A DNA stretch of 64,000 nucleotides from Candidatus Borrarchaeum weybense (GTDB lineage: Archaea > Asgardarchaeota > Sifarchaeia > Borrarchaeales > Borrarchaeaceae). The position numbers were made by a program, and so were the translations under genes. Numbering within the stretch: the first letter of the stretch is position 1; each line of letters opens with the position of its first letter. The notes beneath the pieces are model-generated. The model worked only from the letters and a program-made list of their open reading frames with translations, was not told where the DNA came from and searched no databases. The DNA lies in assembly GCA_019057385.1 (NCBI GenBank), contig JAHQJS010000004.1, forward strand, positions 416,001 through 480,000, in the 5' to 3' direction. This document shows positions 18,954 through 29,271 of the stretch, piece by piece.

Positions 18954-19304
18954 ATGGTATCAATAAAATCAGAACATGGATCACCCATAATTTTTTGTGG
19001 TATACATGAACCAGAAGTACCACCATACGTAGAAAAGGAAGTAGGATATCTCGCAAATAGATGTGGATACTACGATCTCAAAACAGATACAATTTACATT
19101 TTTTTGAACAGTCCATGTAACCACAAACCGAGAAACTTGGCAGATACAATAATTCATGAAACAATCGAAAGAGCGGTACACAGAGTTTTCTGGGACGATT
19201 ATATCAAAGCAACCTCTTTTTCACATCTTTTCATAAAGATTTCAAGAGAGTCAGATATAATGCTTACCATTGAGGAAAATAATGACATGAAACAGTCATC
19301 TTGA
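18954..19304 (+). CDS. Hypothetical protein, possible degenerate minimal zincin
   Basis: GYYD..TIYI..TIIHETIE: HExxH with the second His replaced. Confidence 0.4.
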   Translation: MVSIKSEHGSPIIFCGIHEPEVPPYVEKEVGYLANRCGYYDLKTDTIYIFLNSPCNHKPRNLADTIIHETIERAVHRVFWDDYIKATSFSHLFIKISRESDIMLTIEENNDMKQSS

Positions 19305-19332
19305 AACTCTTTAAAACATATGAAAAAGATAA

Positions 19333-19878
19333 CTATTTTAATCTCAAATAACTTCGCGCAAGTTTGTAGTATTCCTCCGCATTCCATCTTATCAATTCCA
19401 ACTGCTCTTCATTCACTGTTTTGACAGGCTTTGCAGGAATACCGAAACAGATGCTGTTTGGCGGAATAATTGAGTTCTGTGTAACTACCGCACCTGCACC
19501 AATAATTGAATTAGAGCCGACTTTTGTATTATTCATAACTGTAGCGTTCATGCTTATGATAACGTTGTCTTCTATAGTGGCACCGTGTACAATTGCGCCA
19601 TGCGCGATTGAGACATACTCGCCAATCACTACCGGGATGCCTGTATCCCTTTCACGAGTCCATCCAGGATGGATTACCGCATTATCTTGGATATTAGAAA
19701 AGCGACCTATCTCTATGCGACCTACATCTCCCCTCACGACTGCACAATTCCACACAGAAGCGTTTTCTGCCAGTTCCACATCTCCAATGACATTAGCTGA
19801 TGGGGAAATAAAAACTGATTCGTGTATGCGCGGCTTTTTTTTCAGGTTACTTGCCACTATTTCTTCCAGATTTGACAT
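19333..19878 (-). CDS. Gamma-carbonic anhydrase family hexapeptide-repeat protein
   Basis: VIGDV, VRGD, SNIQDNAVIH, IAHGAIVHG. Confidence 0.93.
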   Translation of the reverse strand: MSNLEEIVASNLKKKPRIHESVFISPSANVIGDVELAENASVWNCAVVRGDVGRIEIGRFSNIQDNAVIHPGWTRERDTGIPVVIGEYVSIAHGAIVHGATIEDNVIISMNATVMNNTKVGSNSIIGAGAVVTQNSIIPPNSICFGIPAKPVKTVNEEQLELIRWNAEEYYKLARSYLRLK

Positions 19879-20003
19879 CTTATTTGCACCAATTCTATAT
19901 GTTTACTGAATCGTTCAACGCAATTTCTATAACTAGTTTTAAAGTTTCTCTTATTTCCAAGTTATTTAAGATATTTTTTCAAATAAAACTGATAAGAATG
20001 TGT

Positions 20004-20483
20004 TCAAATTGATTTCAGTTCTAATATTTTTTCTGTAAAAGATTCGTGATCTGGGTTGATTACAGGGATTGTACCTAAAATTCCTCTGAAGTCACTGTCG
20101 TATGTAACGAATATATCCGCATTGGAATTAATGGCAATAACAGCGTGTAAAGCCTCTGCTGCATATAGATTTCTATTGAAGATCTGGTTTCTGGATGCCA
20201 TAATTGCTGTTTTTGTCACGGGCACTAGTGTTAATATCTTTTTTTGATTCATTTCACCAATATCGCTTAAGAAGAAATCGAGAGTAATGTTGGCGTCTTT
20301 TTCGCTAATTGTTCCTAAATTGGATTGCTTCTTAAGAGCACGAAACATTTCAAGAATCGTCCATTCACAAGTCACACCATAAAAGTTTTCAGTTAATTGA
20401 TTTAACAGCCAGTCAGCATGTTTTTGATTCTCAACAGGGCAATACGCATTGTAAAACACATTCGAATCTAAATAAATCGGCAT
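20004..20483 (-). CDS. vapC: PIN-domain toxin (VapC-like)
   Basis: IYLDSNVF..TILEM..EALHAVIA..FVTYD. Confidence 0.85.
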   Translation of the reverse strand: MPIYLDSNVFYNAYCPVENQKHADWLLNQLTENFYGVTCEWTILEMFRALKKQSNLGTISEKDANITLDFFLSDIGEMNQKKILTLVPVTKTAIMASRNQIFNRNLYAAEALHAVIAINSNADIFVTYDSDFRGILGTIPVINPDHESFTEKILELKSI

Positions 20484-20719
20484 TATTCTTCCTCCCTAAC
20501 AGAGCGAATTGCTTCAATTCCAGGTTGAAAGGGTGACTTCTGTCGTTTTTTCAGATATTCTATTAGTTCTTCTCGCGTTTTAATCCCTATTTTTTCTTTA
20601 ATATATGAATAAATGCCACCTCTGACTGCTTCACTCCTAGAGGCTAAAATACCTTCTTTAATCATTTGATCTAACCATTCAATTAATTCTTCATCAATTG
20701 AAACAGAGATAGTTGTCAT
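20483..20719 (-). CDS. Ribbon-helix-helix antitoxin
   Basis: TISVSIDEELIEWLD..SRSEAVR; overlaps the vapC start. Confidence 0.85.
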   Translation of the reverse strand: MTTISVSIDEELIEWLDQMIKEGILASRSEAVRGGIYSYIKEKIGIKTREELIEYLKKRQKSPFQPGIEAIRSVREEE

Positions 20720-20841
20720 AAAACCACCTAAGATACTTTCTTACAAGTTAATATCAAAACAATATTAGAAAAAATATATTATTTAAAAGTTATCAAAATT
20801 TACAAGATAATCGTTATGTAAATGTATACTCGGCGGGTCGA

Positions 20842-21132
20842 TCAGCGACATGACTCCCAGTCATGTGTTGATCCAAAAATCTGTAATATGTCCCAAAAGT
20901 CATCAAATGTCTCTGGATTCTGCTCAAGAATTGTATCAACATCTTCTAAACTAGCTACTGCCTCACCACATTGCGAACAGGTAATGTATGACAGGATAAT
21001 CTCATCATCAGATAAATCAGATACGGTTTTTTTAAAGGCATTTAAGTCAAATCCTAATTGATCTGCTATCTCTGGTGCACGTTCTAATTGTCTATCTCTT
21101 AAAATATCCGCTAATTCTTTTCTTGTTCTCAA
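20842..21132 (-). CDS. Hypothetical protein
   Basis: ORF with CSQC motif, co-directional with larC. Confidence 0.5.
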   Translation of the reverse strand: MRTRKELADILRDRQLERAPEIADQLGFDLNAFKKTVSDLSDDEIILSYITCSQCGEAVASLEDVDTILEQNPETFDDFWDILQIFGSTHDWESCR

Positions 21133-21212
21133 TTTTTTGTCCCTCTATTCACTAGCCTTTCCTTAATGTTTTTTTATAAAAGCCCTGCTCTTTCTTTGAA
21201 AATAAATATTTT

Positions 21213-22529
21213 TTACTTCTTGCCGTTTTGGTATGCTTTAGGAAGTTCTGTGCCGAATGTTTCACGAGCTTTCTTTAAAGCAATCTCAGAAATAGTTTTC
21301 ATTGATTCCCCTGTTTCCTTAGCTATATCTTTTGTGTCCTCGAATTCAGGTTTTAGTGTGAGAATATTATCTTCTGAGTCCTTTCCAATCTTGATTCCTA
21401 CATGAAACTCCTTTCCATCAATCGTAATAGATATTTTCTCGATACTGCGACTAAGGATCAACCGTGGATGTTCGAGGACAGTACGGATTCCAAGCGTACC
21501 CGTCTCTTCGAATAGGATCGAAGCTAGCTTCAAACTATCTTGCGGTCTTGCGATTACTGTAATGAGGTAACCAGGACGATTCTTTTTTGTGACAGTGCTC
21601 AAATAACTGACATCTAAAGCCCCATGCTCTAGAAGTTTATCCATAGTGTACCCTAATACCTCTCCTGTGACATCGTCGACATTTGTTTCAAGTTTGATGA
21701 TTTCATCTTCATAAAACTTACGAGCCACAGAAAATTGACGTATGGCGGCATCTCCAATGATAATTCGCGTTACATTGGGGATGCCGTGAAACTCGTACTT
21801 CCCTGCGCCGTAACCCTCCACTTTAATGGTCATAGCAGGATACACACCAACGAACTCTGTAACAAGATTCGCTAGAATAGAGATTCCAGTCGGCGTCACC
21901 AACTCCTTCTCAACAGGCCCACCCTTAAAGGGGATATTATAGTCTTTCAAAATTCTTGTAGTCGCAGGTGGTGGCACGGGATACGTCCCGTGATCGATCT
22001 CAATTATGCCTCCGCCAATGGAGGGAGGAGTTCCATAAATTTTTGAATTAAAAACGCCTAAAGAATCAAGCGCAATTGCAATTCCCGCAACGTCAATAAT
22101 GGTGTCAGCCGATCCTGCTTCGTGAAGGTGGACGTGATCAAAGGGTTCATTATGAACCGTAGCCTCAGCCTGAATCAATGTTTTTAATGCATTAACGGCA
22201 AATTCAGAGGCCTTTTTAGATAGGTCAAATTCAGGGAGGATCCGATTTATTGCTTCCATGAGGATTGCCCCTTCTCTGTGGTGAATATGTTCGTGAATAT
22301 TAATTCCGATCCTGGTTGCTCGAATACCACTTCGATTTACTTCTTCAAAATCTATGTTAATTTCTTTACAATCAGGAAGAAATTCGGGAATGACCTCAGC
22401 TAATCGGCTAATTTTGAATTTCACTTTATTGCCCCCCGCGTCGACTAAAGCGCCAAGCAACATATCCCCAGAAATGCCAGCTATGCTGGAATCAATTAAA
22501 GTGATCTTTTGACTGAATGAGTTAATCAA
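21213..22529 (-). CDS. larC: Nickel-pincer cofactor biosynthesis protein LarC
   Basis: AGISGDMLLGAL, HLHEAG, HGTYPVPPPAT, ELVTPTG, LETNVDD, ETGTLGIR, KPEFED. Confidence 0.95.
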   Translation of the reverse strand: MINSFSQKITLIDSSIAGISGDMLLGALVDAGGNKVKFKISRLAEVIPEFLPDCKEINIDFEEVNRSGIRATRIGINIHEHIHHREGAILMEAINRILPEFDLSKKASEFAVNALKTLIQAEATVHNEPFDHVHLHEAGSADTIIDVAGIAIALDSLGVFNSKIYGTPPSIGGGIIEIDHGTYPVPPPATTRILKDYNIPFKGGPVEKELVTPTGISILANLVTEFVGVYPAMTIKVEGYGAGKYEFHGIPNVTRIIIGDAAIRQFSVARKFYEDEIIKLETNVDDVTGEVLGYTMDKLLEHGALDVSYLSTVTKKNRPGYLITVIARPQDSLKLASILFEETGTLGIRTVLEHPRLILSRSIEKISITIDGKEFHVGIKIGKDSEDNILTLKPEFEDTKDIAKETGESMKTISEIALKKARETFGTELPKAYQNGKK

Positions 22530-22682
22530 ACAAGTACCTCCTGCTTCTACCTCTTTCGATTATCATAAAAACGAAAACTGTTTTTTTTAAATTTAATAGT
22601 CAATTTTTAAGATTTCTATTTAAGATCTATAGATCCTTAGTTTTATAAACACAGTAAGAAACTTAAGATTAGGTGTATTAGC

Positions 22683-23498
22683 GTGCAACTAAAAGAGATT
22701 TTAGAAAAGATAGCGTGTAAGGAACTTAGCATCGAGGAGGCAGAGAAGTTACTGCAACTGAAGGGAGATCTTATTTCAACAGCGATTGAAGAAGTTAATG
22801 ATATTGCAAAACTAGATCTGTATCGCCAGGCTAGAACAGGTATTCCTGAAGTAATCCTAGCGGAAGAAAAACGTCCTGAAGACGCAGCCCTCCTTGCCGT
22901 CAAAATGGCGAGTAAGAGTGGCTATACCATACTCTCACGGATTTCTGACAAGGTTATAGATGAGGTAAAAACAATTCTCCCGGATTCACTTGAACTTGAG
23001 ATTAATGAACGTGCCCGTATGCTAATCGTAAAGAAAAAAGGATACGAATACAAAAAAGTCCCTGGGAAAATAGGGATTTTTGCAGCAGGAACTTCAGACA
23101 TACCTGTTGCTGAGGAATCACGAATTATTGCAGAAGCAATGGGTGTTTCAACATATACAGCATATGATGTAGGAATTGCAGGCTTACATAGATTGTTGCC
23201 TCATCTAAAAACGATGCTAGACGAAGATGTAGATGCATTAGTTGTTGTGGCAGGGATGGAGGGTGCCTTGCCCTCAGTTGTAGCCGGACTTGTGGACATT
23301 CCTGTAGTTGGGGTGCCAAGCCCAGTAGGTTATGGTCTAGGAGGCAAGGGGTTAGCGGCACTTAACTCAATGCTACAATCTTGTGCGCCTGGTGTGATGG
23401 TAGTAAATATAGATAATGGAATCGGGGCAGGCACAGCGGCAGCATTAATTGCATTAAAAGTAGCGAAAGCGCGCGAGAAGTTCAATCAAGGGATCTAA
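22683..23498 (+). CDS. larB: Nickel-pincer cofactor biosynthesis protein LarB
   Basis: RTGIPEV, AGTSDIPVAEE, DVGIAGLHRL, AGMEGALPS, VNIDNG. Confidence 0.95.
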   Translation: MQLKEILEKIACKELSIEEAEKLLQLKGDLISTAIEEVNDIAKLDLYRQARTGIPEVILAEEKRPEDAALLAVKMASKSGYTILSRISDKVIDEVKTILPDSLELEINERARMLIVKKKGYEYKKVPGKIGIFAAGTSDIPVAEESRIIAEAMGVSTYTAYDVGIAGLHRLLPHLKTMLDEDVDALVVVAGMEGALPSVVAGLVDIPVVGVPSPVGYGLGGKGLAALNSMLQSCAPGVMVVNIDNGIGAGTAAALIALKVAKAREKFNQGI

Positions 23499-23540
23499 AA
23501 CTATTTTTAAAGACAAATAATTACTATAGAACTCCTTAGG

Positions 23541-24524
23541 CTATTCAATAAAATCAGTTAGATTTATTTCAACCGCTGAAATAACAGTGGTTACCTTTAC
23601 AGTATTCGTTAGGTTTTCGTCTATAATAAGTCCCCAGATGACTTGAACATTTTCATCAAGTTCATTTACGACATATTGAGCGATTTCTTGCGCTTCCTTA
23701 AGTGTAAGATCGTGACTACCTGTAATATTGACAATAGCACCTTTAGCATGAGAGAGGTCAACATCGATAAAAGGAAATTCCATAGCAGTTTGTACGGCTT
23801 CTGTTACGCGTTTTTCTCGGTTTTCTTCCTCTGATACACCTCTCCAGATTATTGAAATACCTGTCGGTTTTTTACTTAATGAAAATAGTGTTCTTAAATC
23901 AGCTAAGTCTACATTGATTCGTCCTGGCGTTGCAACCAATTCAACGATGGCTAAAACACCATTAATAGCTAAATCATCTGCTAGTCGAAATGCATCCTCT
24001 AAAGATGAGTTTGGAGCGATTTTCAAGAGTTTCTCATTCGGGATTACGATAATTGCGTCAGTAACCGTCATTATCTCCTCTAAAGCAGTTAAAGCGAAAT
24101 CCATACGCCTTTTTCCTTCCACATCGAACGGAAGAGTTGAAATACAGATGGTCAAAATACCCTTATTTTTAGCAATTTGTGAAATTATTGGAGCAGCACC
24201 TGTGCCTGTTCCTCCTCCTAATCCGACAATTAAAAAAACGATATCTGCTTGAATATGATTTCTAATTTCAGAGATACTTTCTTTTGCAGCCGCTTTTCCT
24301 CTTTTTGGATCCTTTCCAGCACCTAATCCTTTGCAAACTTGCTTACCAATTGCAAGCTTTGTATCACAAGTTGTATTGTGGAGATTTTGGACATTGGTAT
24401 CTATTCCCAGTGTTCTCAGTGCTGGAACATTATCAAAGAGACCGTTTTCACTTAACCGCGTTATTATATGATTTCCAGCACCACCCACTCCAACAATTAA
24501 GATACTAGGTATAAGTTCTGTCAT
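23541..24524 (-). CDS. ftsZ: Cell division protein FtsZ
   Basis: GVGGAGN, GLGAG, GLGGGTGTGAAP, PFDVEG, INVDLAD. Confidence 0.93.
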   Translation of the reverse strand: MTELIPSILIVGVGGAGNHIITRLSENGLFDNVPALRTLGIDTNVQNLHNTTCDTKLAIGKQVCKGLGAGKDPKRGKAAAKESISEIRNHIQADIVFLIVGLGGGTGTGAAPIISQIAKNKGILTICISTLPFDVEGKRRMDFALTALEEIMTVTDAIIVIPNEKLLKIAPNSSLEDAFRLADDLAINGVLAIVELVATPGRINVDLADLRTLFSLSKKPTGISIIWRGVSEEENREKRVTEAVQTAMEFPFIDVDLSHAKGAIVNITGSHDLTLKEAQEIAQYVVNELDENVQVIWGLIIDENLTNTVKVTTVISAVEINLTDFIE

Positions 24525-24558
24525 ATCCTTCTATCCTTAGCAGAATCTAGATTTTTTG

Positions 24559-24616
24559 TTAAAAACAGTAATGTGGTATCAATAATATTAAAAACAGTAA
24601 TGTCATATCAACAAAA
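24559..24616. repeat. 29-bp imperfect tandem repeat upstream of ftsZ
   Basis: TTAAAAACAGTAATGT..TATCAA twice. Confidence 0.75.
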
Positions 24617-24736
24617 GTAACATTGCCGTATTAAGATAGAAACTATCTATACGCATCAAGCATGATAACAGTTGCTTTCGCAACCTTTTTAATCAAATGT
24701 AATTACACAAATACAATTATTTTAAGGACTTGTTCA

Positions 24737-25098
24737 GTGACATCCTCCCCATCCCTTCGGATAGGGCTTCCAGCTTTCCACTGTAGTTCTCGCTCCCTCA
24801 CGGGAGGCGACGCTTCGCCACTGTCACTACATCTATGGGCTTACGGAAACTTACCAGGTTGCACACGCTGCTCACCCTTATCCTGCCCCTTCCTTATCTG
24901 CCTGAAGAGTGCTATTAATCTTTTACCTGTCTGTCCGACAGGTTAGCACACTGCACACACTAAGGGGACTCTCTTGCCACGCTGGATAAGACCTCATGCA
25001 CGGGCATCCTCACGTTTAGCCCTGTCACAAACTGACTGGTTGCTTACAGGAGGATATGCCTCCACCCAGTCGGGCATTACGGGTACACTCACGGTACC
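24737..25098 (-). ncRNA. ~360-nt structured ORF-less element ending in an IS200/IS605 right-end / TnpB omega-RNA-like motif
   Basis: Minus-strand end GAAAGCTGGAAGCCCTATCCGAAGGGATGGGGAGGATGTCAC; many stems; GC-rich island; TATA at 25121-25128 (-). Confidence 0.7.
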
Positions 25099-25157
25099 AT
25101 ATATAGAGGTTCCGAGTAACTATAAAAAGCCATCGTATTTCGTCATCGTATAAAGTT

Positions 25158-25196
25158 AAAATAAAATAAATAAAATAAAATAAAATAAAATAAATA
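25158..25196. repeat. (AAAAT)n microsatellite
   Basis: About 8 units read directly. Confidence 0.85.
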
Positions 25197-25255
25197 GTAT
25201 ACAAAGATCCATGCTTATCGATTGGTGAAAGACTTAAACATGAGAGAGGATTTTA

Positions 25256-25444
25256 ATGGTAGAATTCAAGAAAGTGAGATCAGATTTCATAAGAATGGCA
25301 CGCCTCGCAAAAAAGCCTTCAAGAAAAGAATTTTGGCTTAGCATCAGAATTAGCTTACTTGGCATGGTTGCTATAGGTCTTATAGCGTTTATAATTAAAC
25401 TTATCTTCACTTTGGTAGTTGGTTTTACACCTCCGACAGCCTAA
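25256..25444 (+). CDS. secE: Protein translocase SecE/Sec61-gamma
   Basis: RLAKKPSRKEF..GLIAFII; upstream of spt5. Confidence 0.92.
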   Translation: MVEFKKVRSDFIRMARLAKKPSRKEFWLSIRISLLGMVAIGLIAFIIKLIFTLVVGFTPPTA

Positions 25445-25457
25445 GGAGGCATTTTTT

Positions 25458-25967
25458 ATGGAGACTCAAGAAAAACCTGAGGTAGCGAAAAAACGTACGG
25501 GTACGTCAATTTTCACGATTCGCACCACCATCGGTCAAGAAAAATCAGTAGCAGAGCTAATTGCTAATCGAGTTAAAATACACGATCTCGTTATAAAATC
25601 TATCTTGGTGCCTGAAACTCTACGAGGATACATCTTCATAGAAACGGCAAAAAGGGATGCCATTGATGAAGCTATTTCAGGAATTTCACACGTTAGAGGA
25701 TCAGTAGGAAAAACCCATATTACTGAACTCTCGCATTTTCTAATTCCAAAGCCTCCAACCGAAGGGCTTGAAGCCGGTGATATTGTAGAAATAACTGGAG
25801 GGCCATTTAAAGGAACTAGAGCAAAAGTAACGAGAGTAGACACAACAAAGGAAGAAGTTACAGTTGAGTTACTTGACTCACCTGCCCCAATACCCATCCG
25901 AGTTCATGGAGATTATGTACGAAAAGTTGGTGATCGGATAGAAGCAGATGAGTTTTCAATTCGTTGA
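25458..25967 (+). CDS. spt5: Transcription elongation factor Spt5/NusG
   Basis: RTTIGQEK, RGYIFIE, KOW motif GDIVEITGGPFKG; ATG 25458 after AAGGAGG preferred over the 25419 start. Confidence 0.95.
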   Translation: METQEKPEVAKKRTGTSIFTIRTTIGQEKSVAELIANRVKIHDLVIKSILVPETLRGYIFIETAKRDAIDEAISGISHVRGSVGKTHITELSHFLIPKPPTEGLEAGDIVEITGGPFKGTRAKVTRVDTTKEEVTVELLDSPAPIPIRVHGDYVRKVGDRIEADEFSIR

Positions 25968-25988
25968 TAATAAGTCGACACAAAAATA

Positions 25989-26474
25989 TTATTCTTGAAA
26001 AATAAGCCCCAGATCAAATATTGGTTTTATTTCAATAACTTTTTCAGGGCACGTTTCTTCACAATCCCCACAGGTAATGCATCTTTCAATTGCAACACAT
26101 AATCTTCCAAACCCTCTCAGCGGCGCTGGGAGTGATATTGCTTCTAAAGGTTTTTTAACTGCTAATTGTTTGATAAAATTTATTAGAAGGCGTCTATTTT
26201 CTGATTTTATTTCCCCGCTGTCTTCAAAAAGGCTGGGCAAGTCAAATTTATTTTCAATCAGCGGGGCATCAAGTTGACAGACCTCTTCACATTTATGGCA
26301 TCCTATGCAAATGCTCTGTAGCGCGGTTACCTTTCCAAATCCACGGAGACCTTCTGGAACAGCTATCACTTTTTCAGGCTTTTTTATTGCGATTTTTCTT
26401 ATTAAATCGACTAATTTTTCTCTTTTAGATTGAGTTTCCTCGGTCTCTGATTCATTGGTTTTATCAGACATCAA
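25989..26474 (-). CDS. 4Fe-4S ferredoxin-like protein with internal duplication
   Basis: Two repeats of KKP..P..LRGFG..CxxCxxCxxxC. Confidence 0.8.
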   Translation of the reverse strand: MMSDKTNESETEETQSKREKLVDLIRKIAIKKPEKVIAVPEGLRGFGKVTALQSICIGCHKCEEVCQLDAPLIENKFDLPSLFEDSGEIKSENRRLLINFIKQLAVKKPLEAISLPAPLRGFGRLCVAIERCITCGDCEETCPEKVIEIKPIFDLGLIFQE

Positions 26475-26653
26475 ACTTCCCGCTTACTGTTAATTGATCA
26501 AATTTCGAACAGTCATAGTGCTTATGTTCTGATGTGCAAATCACAGAATAAAGTTATATTTGTAAAGATACCGATTTCAACAACTATTATATATATATTT
26601 ATACAGAAACAGGTAAGATGTATTTCAATGTCCGCCGCTTGGAGGACACATAA

Positions 26654-27682
<1,029 letters not shown>

Positions 27683-27894
27683 ATAAAAAAGTGTAAAACA
27701 TGATCTACTATTTTCTTTTTTTTTATATTGACAGTAAATGCCTTTTATTTCTATAGCGAACCAGCGAGACTAAGATAAGAGCTTCAAATTATCAGCAAAG
27801 ATAGTTTTATAAGATATCAATCGCCAATGATACACTCTGTCAAGATTTCAAAAATATCTACAAAGATTAAGCGCAAAATACATTTCAATGATAA

Positions 27895-29271
27895 TTGCTG
27901 TTCAAAATGCAAGAATGGGGAAGTATATTGAACGCATCTATTTCGTCTAGTCTACCAGTACTTGTACTTGGTGGAGGTATTGCCGGGATTCATGTAGCGC
28001 AAGAATTGGCTGATTTTGGAATTCAAGTTTGTCTAATAGAGAAAGAGCCGACGCTTGGAGGTAAAGCGTTACAACTCTTCAGATTCTTTCCAACAGATGA
28101 TTGCGCCCTTTGTGTCTCGTCTTCGGATAGACTTTTTTCTCGTGGTGGATTTAGGAAATGTTTTTACAGATGTGGTATCATAGAGCATCCAAATATAGAA
28201 CTGCTTACTCAAACACAACTTGTGGCTGTAGAGAAACTGAATTCAGAATTTAAGGTTTCACTAGAACGACATCCGAGATTCGTAGACGAGAAAAAATGCA
28301 TTATGTGTGATAAATGCGCCGATATATGTCCAGTAGTGGTCCCTAATCCTCGAAATCTTAATTTAGATACTCAAAAAGCGATTTATCTGCCTGCATCTCA
28401 AGCTATTCCCTACAGTTACGTAATAGATCCAAACACATGCTTATTCGAAGAATGTGCTAAATGTGTGGAAATTTGCCCTACAAACGCAATAGACATCAAA
28501 GAAGAAAGGGAAACCATCGAAAAAAATTTCGGATCGATAGTTATAGCGACGGGATTTGAAGAGTTTGATCCCAGTCCCCTAAAAGAGTACGGATATGGTA
28601 TATTTGATGAAGTAATCACACAAGTACAACTTGCTCGATTAGTAGATCCACAAGGTCCGACTAAGGGGAAACTTCTAAAGAAAGATGGTGCTCCAATAAA
28701 GAATGTAACTATGTTGCAATGTGTCGGGTCAAGAGACAAAAGATTTAATAGTTACTGTTCAAGTATATGTTGTACATATGCTCTTAAACATTCACTCCTA
28801 ATTAGAGAGCAAGAAATTGATGTAAATATTGCTTATATGGACATTAGGACGCCTTTTATTTATGAGGACTATTTTTTACGAGCTAGAGATGATGGAGTGA
28901 AATTTATTAAAGGACGTGTCAGTCACATCGAGAAGGATCCTGTGACACAGAAAGTGCATGTGTATGTTTCAGATATCCAAACTGAGGAGATCATGGATCT
29001 AGAAACTGATCTAGTCGTTCTTAGTGCCGCTCTTGTTTCGTCTAAAGGTATAAAAAAACTAGCTGAGATACTAGATCTTGAATTAGATAATTATGGATTT
29101 TTTCCGACAACTGGAGCTAAAGAAAGCATTTATACAAATATAGAGAATGTTTATGTCTGTGGAGCTGCCCAAGAGCCAAAAGATATCCCTTCAACCATTG
29201 AACAAGCTAATGCTGTTAGCATGGCGATCTTAAGACGAAATGCTCCTCTCCAGAAAGGTGAAGTGAAGTGA
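27895..29271 (+). CDS. hdrA: Heterodisulfide reductase subunit A-like protein (true start probably slightly downstream)
   Basis: GGGIAG, FPTDDC, ferredoxin insert, QCVGSRD..YCSSICC. Confidence 0.88.
   Translation: MLFKMQEWGSILNASISSSLPVLVLGGGIAGIHVAQELADFGIQVCLIEKEPTLGGKALQLFRFFPTDDCALCVSSSDRLFSRGGFRKCFYRCGIIEHPNIELLTQTQLVAVEKLNSEFKVSLERHPRFVDEKKCIMCDKCADICPVVVPNPRNLNLDTQKAIYLPASQAIPYSYVIDPNTCLFEECAKCVEICPTNAIDIKEERETIEKNFGSIVIATGFEEFDPSPLKEYGYGIFDEVITQVQLARLVDPQGPTKGKLLKKDGAPIKNVTMLQCVGSRDKRFNSYCSSICCTYALKHSLLIREQEIDVNIAYMDIRTPFIYEDYFLRARDDGVKFIKGRVSHIEKDPVTQKVHVYVSDIQTEEIMDLETDLVVLSAALVSSKGIKKLAEILDLELDNYGFFPTTGAKESIYTNIENVYVCGAAQEPKDIPSTIEQANAVSMAILRRNAPLQKGEVK

Noticed and set aside
24662-24946. 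94-aa ORF
   Set aside because: Antisense to the structured element; no protein features
24993-25001. GTGCATGAG shared between the omega-like element and the RAMP-associated element (both also end in GTCA)
   Set aside because: A 9-mer match is within chance; no further alignable sequence
24737-25098. RNase P or SRP RNA
   Set aside because: I could not find the RNase P GAGGAAAGUCC region or the SRP helix 8 motif; not excluded without a covariance search
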